Source: Nemertoderma westbladi (Eukaryota > Animalia > Xenacoelomorpha). From it: a stretch of DNA of 64,000 bases. Positions 12,501 through 23,572 of this stretch are shown one piece after another. The notes under the pieces were generated by a model, which saw only the letters and a program-made list of their open reading frames with translations, searched no databases and was not told where the DNA came from. The stretch covers positions 1 to 64,000 of the forward strand of contig JAUCBJ010006846.1 in NCBI GenBank assembly GCA_032718475.1, given 5' to 3'. The position numbers and the translations under genes are program-made. Numbering within the stretch: the stretch's first letter is position 1; the number at the start of each line of letters is the position of its first letter.

Positions 12501-13795
12501 TTTTCCTACAAGAATAACATACAGTACAGCAATAGCCACCGGTACTACTGTATTGTATTACACAGTACTGTATTATTTTGTTTTCATTATATGGGAAACA
12601 TTCTGGAATAATTTAAGTTGTCATGGATATCGTGTTGCTCTGGCGGCCTCCTTTCAGTCGGCGCAGCATTCTTGTGAAAGTGCCATCCAGAGATTTGGTA
12701 TCTGCAGTTAGGGCCCAGCAGATACAGGAGTACTGGTAGTACTGCTGCACTAAATAATCAATCTTTGAAATTCCGTTACAACTATGTTATTACGAACTGG
12801 GAGAAGGGAGCAGATTACAAAGACGTTTTTTACAAATAACGTTGTTGTTTCCAATTGAGAAAAATGAGTAATACTGTAATATAATGATACACATGGGGGT
12901 GTGGGGAGGGGGGGGGGGTAACAGGAATACACTCCCCCATGTCACCTCTGGTAACTTGCTCCTGGAAGTACTGTAGGTCTACTGTTCGCTCGCGTTTTAT
13001 TAATACTTTGCAATTTTATATCGTTTTTTTTTGGGAAACAAAATAATACTGCAAGAACGGTAATTATGTTCTTGGCCACCACGTGGTATTAGATTATACG
13101 AACTTTTCTCTGGGAGAGATACGGATTAAGTGGCGGCCGTTGCCGGTTATAGACTCAGCCGTTCGTAATTAATCCTATTGCTAAACGATTGTATTTATTA
13201 CCACAATAATGGTTGTAAAATTAGGAGACCTCAAAGTATTCAACAGAGCGAATGAAATGTAGTAGCTACAGTGTATCTAGGACTTAGATCGTATATCCTT
13301 TAATATATCCTATTTAAGTACACATTAGTTCTTTGTCAATTATTTCCCACAGACTACTGACTGTATGTACTGTATATGAGCTTTTATTATCAGTTTTAAT
13401 ACCGTTGTAATATGTTCCAGCAATGAGTAATCTGTTAAAATCGCAGACCAATATGTGTCATGTAACATATGATAATTCTTATAATTGGATTAAGTTGTTC
13501 ACCAGACCATATTTCCTAGAATATATTGCACTCATATTGTCTCATATACATATTGTCTCATATTCAAGTAGGCCTATTTGGCAATGTATTAATATCAGTG
13601 AGGTATTTAGTATTAGGTAAAATTATTTAGTGACCACTTGTAACAAACAACAGAATCAGATTGGGATTAAAAAGTTTCAGGAATATATTATTAAATTAAA
13701 CTAAATAAACTTTTCGGACTAAATTAATGAGATTTTTAAATTTGAGATTTTACTGTATGTTCGCGCTCGTGTTGGCTGCTCACTTCGTTTCTAGG

Positions 13796-13916
13796 AGATT
13801 GAACAGAAAGTGGTACTACTGGGTGCTGTCATAAACTATCGTTAGCATCTGTTATTGATTCACCCTTTGAACAATGAGATTATTAGATCTTCCGATGTGT
13901 TTAGTAAATTATGTAT
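13796..13916 (+). repeat. Dispersed repeat fragment shared with 36549-36667
   Basis: gagattgaacagaaagtgg...aaactatcgttag.atctgttatt...gagattattag...ttagtaaattatgta is present at both sites. Confidence 0.75.
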
Positions 13917-15479
13917 TGGTGTTTTCTGTTTAGAAAACACAATTATGAACATGATTCCCCATAGAACTTCGAATGGTGTAATGGATTTCTCTTGCCTTTA
14001 GCACGATAGGTTCCTGAAACTGCTTTTTGTATCTCTAAAAGGTTCCTAAGTGCTAATACACTTTCCTTATTGTTTTGGTTTCTCGGTGACAAGACTGACT
14101 TGAAAATAGCTCGCAGTAATACACGGTCCTTCAATGACTTGTTACTTACGGACATCCACAACCCTTTCAAGATAATACTAAAACACAATGATTTATGTTT
14201 CCTCCAGATGTTATATTGCTTCCTTCTCTGGTATAAAAATAGTGTACGATACGTAACACCATAGAAAAACCTCTGGGAAGAGGGAAAAGAGAAACCGGGT
14301 GAGGGAATACAATCCAAATAATTGTAACGGAAAATAGTACAAAAATACCGTATTTTAGTCGTTTCGTAATGCTAAAATACTCTGAAAATATCTATAAAAG
14401 TGTAAGACGTCTGAAAAGGTATAATGGTAAAAAATCTATTGTGGAAAATAGTCGTGAAAAGTCTTAAAAAGGAATAAAGTCTTTTGTGGAAAATAATCGT
14501 AATAAACTTGGTGCAGTTTCACGCTATTGGAAACTTGGTAATAATGAAAAACACCATAGTCGAGTCAATCTAGCAAATTTGTTATGGGTTGACCCTCTTT
14601 TTCTGCTAGATTGACTCGCCTACCAGGTTACCGTCTGTGTCCAAACGGGGTGGGATCGATAGGACGCAGATAGTTAGCTGCTACTTTATCCTAAGACTAA
14701 GAGATTGAACCGAGGTCGCCACAAAAAGTCTACGGGTAAAGTGCGCAAGCACTACCGTAATCTGACAGAGTCAAAACCCGGAAGATAGGGCCTACTGTAC
14801 TGCTACTTTGTCCTCACGGCTAAGCCGTCGGTCCTGGGACGAACTGAGTAGCCAGCGGGCAGAGTGCGTGTTATTGATGAGTGCGAGTTGAGTGAGTTAT
14901 TGGATACAGAAGTATTCCTTGATTTTAACTGGGTAGGCTTAATGCAATAGGAAAGAAGGGATGTGTTAACAGAGGAAGCTCCTAAATAAAGTAAGATTAA
15001 ATATAAATAAATAAAGTAAAAGTAATACAATTAAATAAATTACAATTGAATACAAATAAATAAATACCGATAAATAAAAGGGTAGAGGTGTCACTTATGA
15101 CACCCGTTTGTCCCTCTAGGTGATGGTTAGACGTCACTCATAACCCATTGGGTGTTAGGGCGCTAATCGGTCTGTAGGATAATCAATTAAACCCTAATTA
15201 GGAGTCGTTTGACACCTATTAGGGAATAAATGTACTAATTAATTGATGACAACTCGTCAACTAGGGTATAATTAGCCTAATTGGGGGGTGTCACCCAGAC
15301 AGTCTGATGCCAATGGCACCCAATGATACCCTAGGTCTCACATTCCTAAGCGATGAGTCATGAGTGAGGTCTAAGTGTCACCGAGCCGGCCAAGACTCTA
15401 CTACTAGTTACCATTGGCAGTTACCATAACAGGTTTAAAGTTTTCAATAGACTGACCATAAAATTTCAGAATTCTAATA

Positions 15480-16520
15480 GCTGCATCATCATCAGCAATG
15501 TGGGCATTGCTAAGCATTCTGATGACGAAATCACACTGACTGGTATTTGCCTAATTAGCACATTCTCTAATTGAATACTAGGATCGGCATGCTGCATTGC
15601 AGCTGCATATTTAAGAATGCTGTGCCGGCTTGTCGACAAAGTTGCGCATCCACAACTCCCTATCACCCATGACATTTGCTAGATCATCCGCATCTTCAAG
15701 GCCAGTGTCCTTTAAGATGCGTCTCAAAAAAGTCATGGGCTGTCCACCATGCTTATTCACTCCATGAGGCTGCCAAAGTACAAGATTATGCACTGGCTGG
15801 TCCTCACGGCGAAAGCAATGTCCTGCAAAGCGGAGGCGATTTTGTTCTAGTGTCAAGCTTGGGGGAACCAATGAGACACCTCCAATGTTATATAGTGTCT
15901 GGTTGGAGATGTGTGCATTGTACTTGACATAATGAACGCGGCGTAGCATTGTTGTGAATGTGCCATCCAAAGATTTGGTGTCCTCAGCAGTTAGAGCCCA
16001 GCATGGACTCCCATAGAGGAGTACTGGAACTACTGCTGCTCTAAATAATCGGACCTTAAGTTTCCGATTAATTATCTGTGACTTCCAAATCCTTTTCCTG
16101 TTTCGAGGGTATACAGGAACTGTTTCTGCAGCTGCTAACGTAACTGCTTCTGTGAAGGCAGTATAGCCATCGCAGTGATCCGCCGCTTCAGAGGCAAGTA
16201 CCTCATACCTGTTGCTCAGCTGTAGTGTGAAGCTGGATCTCACACTTGGCTGTTGCAACAGAGAGGACCAGTAATGCCGCAGCAAGGCAGATTTCGTTGT
16301 TCTGCTAGCACGCAGAATAAGTCTTACCTTGGCCACATTAAGACGGTGATCACTGGAGAAGGGTCGAAGTGTAAAAGCATTACAGTCTTGTACAGAGCTC
16401 AAGTATTTCCTACGAAACAGAATATGGTCTATCTGGGACTTGTGACCACTGGGTCCACTATGAGTCCATAGTTTTCCAGTTCGCTTCTTGAACTGGCTTC
16501 CAGCCGAAAACAATCCATTT
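15480..16520 (-). mobile_element. RTE-clade-like non-LTR retrotransposon remnant with internal deletion of the reverse transcriptase
   Basis: ORF 15611-16513 has the APE endonuclease C-terminus (WTH..P....QIDHILF..SSDHRL) fused to the post-RT region (RIWKS...KLKVRLFRAAVVPVLLYGS..WALT...RLRFAGHCFR). There is no YADD motif. A (GAT)n-like tail lies near 15484. Confidence 0.8.
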
Positions 16521-16754
16521 CCAGAGATAAAATCCTGAAGATGGACGGAATTTCGGTTAACACTATCGATATAGACCCAGGGCGATGTAGGTGATTGATG
16601 CAGACTTGCATTAAAGTCTTCATTAGATGAAGAGTCATTCGCCCAAGTGCATTAAACCACCTGAATATAGGTTTCCCTTGATCATTGTCCATTACACAAC
16701 ACTTTGTCACCTTGTAGGCCTACTGTAGGAGGTCCTTTCAGCATATACAGTAAG

Positions 16755-17164
16755 TGTTCGCGCTTTCAGACCTTTAGCAGTTTAACCTGCCAATATTAAT
16801 TGTCCTCTTGTTTATAAATCGACTTTAGCCCTTACCAATTACCTGGTGTACTGAAGTTACATCCGCCGAAGCCAGTCCGTGCGCGGCGTATGACCCACGG
16901 TGTGGGAGACTGGATTCGGGTTCCTTGGGAAGTATTGCAGTGTAGACCTACTGTATTATTCGATTGATCGCTACTATATACTCTCTGACAACTATATTTA
17001 CTTTCGGGGAAATTTTAACAGTTCCTTTAGGACGTGGCGCTTTAAGTATAAAAACAGAGTTATGACTTATACTAATCACAACTAGATGACCACAGAGTTT
17101 CGTAAATAGCGCATTCTTTAGGAGATGCTTTATTAACCGTCACACGACTTCACACTACTTCACA
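16755..17164. mobile_element. LTR-like repeat, copy A (TGT...ACA, 410 bp)
   Basis: It is a direct repeat of 27643-28062 with shared boundaries TGTTCGCGCT...CTTCACA. On the minus strand it is preceded by the purine-rich GGGGGAAAA(ttag). Confidence 0.7.
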
Positions 17165-17293
17165 CTAATTTTCCCCCAACAATATTCCCAGAATTAAAAC
17201 TATCTCTACAAACAGACCGAGCCAGTGTAGTTTAGTTAACAACATACATTTAGTAAAGCCTACAAAGGAACTGTGTGATTGACATCGACATGT

Positions 17294-19124
17294 GGTGTTC
17301 GGACACTTTCCCCCGGACACTTCCCCCCCGGACAGTTCCCCCCGCACAAGTAGGACACTTCCCCCCCCGGACACTTCCCCCCCGGACACTTCCCCCCCGG
17401 ACAGTTCCCCCCCGCTCAAGTAGGACACTTCCCCCCCAGACACTTCCCCCCCGCGGACACTTCCCCCCCGACTGTTCTTAACTTCGCACATTCTTCTTTT
17501 TCATTTTGTAAGGTAAACGGACCGCTTGTATCCAGATAAGTTGTATCCAATTTTCCTTTCGTAGCTCAGAAAGTGATCTTTTGCATCCCGATTTTACATT
17601 TTATATCCAAGTTTTATTTATGGGTTTTATCAATGCAATTACATCGTATTGTTTGCTAATCTTTAAACAATTAATTATATTAGATGACCTATAAATTCCA
17701 TCCCCGGAATGATATACTGTTTTTATTAACTATAGAATTATAATAATTAATTGTGGGGCGAGACACGTAGTCGGCGAGCCTTGGCATACGGTTCATATAG
17801 GGCAAATGGGGCATGTCCGTCTGTCTGTCTGTCCGTCCGTCTGTCTGGTAAATGTTTGAACGCGAATTTCTCGGCATCGCTCGTTCGGAATTGAACCAAA
17901 CTTAGTAGGTAAGTAGTAGAGAGAAAGTTTAGAAAGTTTGTAAAGTTTGGTGAAAAATCATGCAGTCTGACGTCAGCTACGACAGATTATGTGGTTTTTA
18001 GAAAATGTTAAATTTCTCGGGAAGGCCTCATTTTCCTGAGCTGAAATTTTGGTGGCCTGTAGAGAATCATGAAGTCTATCTTTTACGAAATTGAAAAGTT
18101 AAGACATTTAATTGGGGATCCGCTAGAGACTCAGAAGTAATGACATAGGCCTACCGGTACGGTACTGCTGTACAGTGCTGCACTGGTAAGTACGAAATTG
18201 CAGAATAACAATTTGACACCACCTAGCGGATTAACATATGATTGTATATCGAATGAATACATTTATAGCATGGGATATTGGGTCCAAACTAGACATGCCC
18301 CATTTGCTCTATATGAACCGTATGCCAAGGCTTGCCGACTACGTGCTGCGCGAAGTCCCCACGAACGTGTTTTAATTATAGGTATTATTATGTAATAGTC
18401 TTCTTCAAATTGTAGCAGAGGGGGATGAATATTATTGTTGCAATCAAAATTATACCTCTCCAGGGTAAAATCGACATGCGTCGACCTGTATTCTGTGTTC
18501 AGCATTACATATTGATATATATTACTACTATACATACTATACAGATATTATACACACTACATATTAAATTTCCTGGTTACTTGCAATATTTTTAATAGGA
18601 TTTTGTTGAATTATATAATATTGTAGTAATTTATATATTAAATTGGTTAACATTCAATACAGCTCCTACTTTAGGCTTAGTCAATTTATTATCTGATGAT
18701 ACAAACATGAATTAATTATTTCAAAGTGGTCTTAAGTCTTTCACCACGGGCACTCAGGGAAATGTCGGGGTCTGGGGGCGATAAAAAAAAGAAGCGGGGG
18801 TTTGGGGGCGGTAGCCCCCAACAAAAGAAGCGGGGGTTTGGGGGCGGCAGCCCCCAATTAAAAGAAATTAAAATAATTAAAGGAATTAAAAGAAAAACAA
18901 ACAAAATTTGACTATAAAAATGTTTCTTTTATAATTTTGAAAAAACGTGTCTAGATACCATCTTTCTAGTAACCATCTTTAACTTTTGTTTATTGCTTTG
19001 ATGCACCCAGATTAATTTTAACACTTTAACTGGGGGGGAAGTGTCCGGGGGGGAAGTGTCCTACTTGGGCGGGGGGGAAGTGTCCGGGGGGGAAGTGTCC
19101 GGGGGGGGGAAGTGTCCTAGATCC
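17294..19124. mobile_element. Non-autonomous Mutator-like foldback DNA transposon with minisatellite TIRs and an 8-bp TSD
   Basis: The TSD CGACATGT is at 17286-17293 and 19125-19132, and the termini are GG...CC. (ggacacttccccccc)n at 17300-17475 is mirrored by (gggggggaagtgtcc)n at 19030-19117. The superfamily call is inference from TSD length and termini. Confidence 0.8.
17749..18372 (+). mobile_element. DINE-1/HINE-like non-autonomous element nested in the foldback element
   Basis: Subterminal inverted repeats of about 54 bp lie at 17764-17817 and 18291-18345, with a (GTCY)n microsatellite just inside the 5' repeat. The same 5' end gtggggcgag.cac occurs at ~11309 and, inverted, at ~33930-33950. 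Confidence 0.7.
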
Positions 19125-19711
19125 CGACATGTCTTTTATGAGACACACCGCAAGCCAAAAGCCCAAGCAGCAGACAGATGCCCCTTCCCAATGTGGTGCC
19201 TCTCTCAACCAGAGTAATTATCCATCCCGTACAGGAACAGTAATGCTGAGTATGGCACAGTTGGATGTCAAGCTAACTCAAACCATGGCTAGCTTTCGCA
19301 TTTCGTGTGAAAATTTTTCAAATTTCTAATTTGTAAATATTTTATAGATGGATAAATATTTTATAAATATTGCATTTTTCATGTTTTCTGTTAACGGTTC
19401 CCCAAACCAAATTTAGAAATATCTTTAATATTAAATTATGTTTCAACAAAAATGGAGAGAACACTAAGAAATTCAAATTTTTATAATTTAAATTTTTCAA
19501 AAAGTTACCCCAATGTCAATAAAGTAAATCCCTTTAAGTTAAACAAATTATAAACTTATTTTACATAAAAATAATAAGTTATCTAAGTAAAATATTGATC
19601 AATTAACTTTTCGATAATATAATATAGTCTTATTTCGAAAACGATACTATTAATTAAACCGTCCATCATTTTTGTTATTATTTCCAGTTAAAATTTTTAT
19701 CGATAGAATAT

Positions 19712-20068
19712 ATGATAAATTCTACATCATCTAAAATGGCGAACCAAAAAGTACATTATTCAGAGATTCAGAAGGCTTCGGATCCAGTGGAGGAGAATGA
19801 TAATGAAACCCCGATGAGCGGAGTTGAGAATGAGAGAGGAAATGGGAGAAGTATATGGACAGGTAGAAGAATGAGGGTTGTAATGGCTGGTGTTGCAGTG
19901 GCAGTTGTTTTGGTTGTCGTGGTAACAACCTTGGCCGTAGTCTTACCTACATCTGCTACCACATTCACCGCTACATCTGTTCTCGCATCCATTCCAAAAT
20001 CTGATCCTACGCCTCCAACTTATTTACCTACATCCACTTCTACACCTCCTACAGCCGTTCATATATCC

Positions 20069-20151
<83 letters not shown>

Positions 20152-20764
20152 TACACCAACATCTCTCGCATCCATTTGCACAAATACCCTGGTAAACTCC
20201 ATCGCTATCGTCAACCACAAATACGGCCTAGGAGGATCTATTAGATGCGACAACTCTGTCCCTGATGGACCATGGTTGGTTATTCAGAGGCGGGTTAATG
20301 GAGAGCAGAATTTCGAGTTAGATTGGAAGCAGTACGAGTCTGGTTTCGGAAATATTACAGAAGATTTCTGGCTCGGGCTGAAAAATATCCATAAATTGAG
20401 CGAAGGTGGTGTTGTAATAAGGGTGGATCATTGGCACCAAGGCCTACACAGGTACGACGAGTACCAGGATTTTAGTATTGGAGGTTCAATCAATAATTAC
20501 ACTCTATATATATCTCAGTACAACAGCGACAGCACTGCATTTTACAGGAGTTATGATTGGCGTTACTACCTCAATGGATCCCAATTCTCCACATTCGACC
20601 GCGATAATGACAATTGGTCCGACGGGGGTTGGTGGTATAATTACTGCGGCTGGTCCAGGGATGGGAAGGTGTATCCGAAAGGAGTGATTTGGTACACATT
20701 CACTGACCCTGATGATAGCTGGGTACCGATGGAGAAAGTTGAGATGAAGATACGAGTTCACTGA
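19712..20764 (+). CDS. Intronless fibrinogen-related protein (FReD) with predicted type II membrane anchor and Thr/Pro mucin-like stalk
   Basis: The protein has a cytosolic N-tail and basic RRMR before the hydrophobic VVMAGVAVAVVLVVVVTTLAVVL. A (PT)n stalk follows, then FBG motifs WLVIQRR..G..NF...WKQYESGFG....FWLGLKNIHKL, FSTFDRDND, GGWWY..C and VEMKIR. AATAAA is at ~21077. Confidence 0.92.
20068..20160 (+). repeat. Coding hexanucleotide repeat (ACACCG)n encoding the Thr-Pro stalk
   Basis: About 14 perfect units lie within the FReD ORF. Confidence 0.95.
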
Positions 20765-21562
20765 ATTTACAAACGTTAACCAATCAAATGTTATATAATT
20801 CAGTTACTTAGATTTTATTATTGTAATTGTTTAATTAGAGTAATTTACTTGTGTAGCGTAAATGTATTACTTGGATTATATTATTTAATTAATTATTTTG
20901 TTTACTTTAATGTGTAAGTCCACATATATTCGGAAGCTTTTCATATAATGCCCTGTTTGAGACCCTGGTTAATTGAATTGTTATCAATAGCCGTAATTGT
21001 TCTCATATTGTTCGCAGATTTTACTAAATCACATCTGCTTTAAATATTCCTAGATTTGGCCAAATTTTGCCTATCAATAAAACTTGTGATATTTGCGGAA
21101 TTTTCATTAAAATAACAATAACACTGATTTTTAATGAGAGCATTTAATATTTCCAATACACAGTTCAGTTACATTTTACCGCAATTTTTTGTAAAATTTG
21201 TGCAAGTCAATAAAATAATAATAGTAAAAAAAGAGAATTCTAATTCCTATATACAGTATATATATATTATTTATTGATTTGCGGAAAAGAAAACACTAAA
21301 ATACAAACAAATAATTCACCGAATTAACAAATCCATCACAAACCATCTAAATTACTAAATAGAGAGTTACACAATTATCAAACTTAGCAAGTCCACCAAT
21401 AATGGTTCAAATTAAATTATAATCATTATGTAAATATCAAGCTTACAATAATTAAGATTTTATAATAAATAAAAATACAGAATTTATTATAATCGAATCT
21501 AATTCAATGTGTCTATAATAGCGGTTATAAATCTCGCTATAGTCGATATGGGAAATTATCGT

Positions 21563-23572
21563 TTACACTTGGCTGGTAGCAAAGTTCTTTATTGCCACCA
21601 TTTTTACCGACCTTATGCTATGTTCTCCTAGTTCATCCTCGGGAGTGGACAACGAGCCTACACAATAATCTGTAGCTACTGTGGATTTCCAAACCTGCAT
21701 AATTCCTGAAAGGTTCAACTTAGTTCGGAACTTGGGTTGTCCAGCAAAGATGTCTTTGGCTAGCTCTTTGTCGATGAATGTACCTGTGCTGCCGGAGTCA
21801 AGGAGGGCGTTTACTATAAAACTCTTACCTGGCCCGTGGACTCTCAGCTGCACTACTGGGAATTCCCGAATTCCGACGTTGGAAGTTGGCGCTTTCCAAG
21901 ATGGTTGTCGGTCCGGAATAGTCAATTGTACTTCATTATCGGTGTCAGTCTCATACGTAAGCGCTCGATACACCGCGGTGTTTATCATATAACAGGATTC
22001 GTTTTCGTCGGAGAATTCGTCCGTGTAGAATCCTTCCATCTCAGAGCTGTGGTCAGTGTCGTTCACATCACTGAATTGGACATGTAGTTCGGACTCACAT
22101 ACCTGACTCGTGCGGGTTCTTTCAAATTCTGTGTGCAGCAAGATATGATGTTTCGCGCCGCACTTAGCACACCTCGCGTCGGAGTAACAGGTCCGCCGTT
22201 GGTGTCCTTGTCTGAGACAATTATAACACAACTGCTTATCCCACATGACATCACGTCTATCCTTTAGGGATTTCTTCAAGAATTCATCACATCCACTCAA
22301 ACGATGGGGCCCGTCGCACAATGCACATTTGGGTTTGATGTTACTTACTTTAACTTGTGTGGTGTTGTGCACACTTGTTCTTTCCTCGGGCTTTCTTCCA
22401 TGAATTCTCTTAGGAGACGTAGGAGGAGTTGTTGTAACCTGTTCTCTCCTGTCACGGGTTCCAGACTTAGATTTACTTACGTCTTTACGGGTTTTGTTGA
22501 CATAATAAGATCTTTCGGTGTCTTTCCCGCTGTTCTCCTCGTGGGAGGTCTGGCTTTCGCCGTCGTCTGTATAACACACTGGTGTTACCTTTCTCCTAGA
22601 AACGGGTTTTTCACTCACCTTATTTTCCGGTGTCTTCTCTCGGGACTGCTTTAGGAGCTGTAATCTTACCTCTCCATTTAAGAATGACATGAGATCAGCC
22701 ATGGTAGGGTCTCTTTGTTGCTGGTCCATCATATAGAGAACTCTTTTGTCCCAACGAGTACCTACTCCACCCTTTGGCAAAGTAGATGCTACAGCTCCAA
22801 CAACCATGGAACTCTGATATTCATGAGACTTACCTAACAAATCTAGTTGTCTACAGATCTCCTGAATCTCATCGGAAAACTCTATAATCCCGCTGCTAAG
22901 GAACTTTCGGGGAGCTACTAATTTCGCATACAAATACCTTGCTATGTTAGTCCTATTACCATACCTGATGTTTAGTGTATCCCAAACTTGTCTTAATCCT
23001 TCTGGATGTCCAATAAACTTTAACGCCATTAACTTGGGAGGTCCTTCCAAGCACTCGATGAGGAATCTAAGTTTCTCTCCGTTGGATAGTACAGAGTTCT
23101 GTATGTTATCTTTGTAATATTCATTAAAAGGTAACCATTTCATCTCATCTCCAATGAACTTGACGATCTCTCCCACCTTTGCCGCTTGACGGGCTTCGGT
23201 TCTAGCCATTTGACGCGTAAAACTTTCTTGGGCCATTGTATTATTTAATATCGAGTTATCGGTATATAAATTTCTCGGATTAGGATCAGGTCTATATGGA
23301 ATAGCATTAACAACAGGTTTATAATTACCCTTAATAGGGTTCACTATAGGAGTTTCTACTTCACTAGCAGTATAGATGCGTTTAGGCTCCACACCTTGCG
23401 CATGAAATACTTCAGACCTAACAGGTTCACACATTGTTACAGGGGGTGGTGGTATACCCAATTGTATATTTACTAATTTATCGCGTTCTAACGCGATACT
23501 CTGCTGCACTTCTTGCAACTCTAACCTACCCTCTCTTACTGTTCCCTTTAACTGCTGAACAGTCCCTTCCAA
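21563..23572 (-). mobile_element. Bel/Pao LTR retrotransposon gag plus aspartic protease, truncated before RT
   Basis: It has a DUF1759-like gag (KFIGDEMKWLPF...EKLRFLIECLEG...LNIRYGN) and the three Pao-type knuckles CALCDGPHRLSGC, CYNCLRQGHQRRTC and CAKCGAKHHILLH. The protease motif is ALLDSGS. The ORF stops soon after and runs into AT-rich DNA. Confidence 0.93.

Noticed and set aside
15515-15545. CTGATGACGAAA resembling a hammerhead ribozyme core
   Set aside because: There is no stem II between CUGAUGA and GAAA and no convincing stems I or III.
17165-17491. Gly-rich SGGEV-repeat ORF and its Pro-rich antisense ORF
   Set aside because: They are translations of the minisatellite TIR of a DNA transposon.
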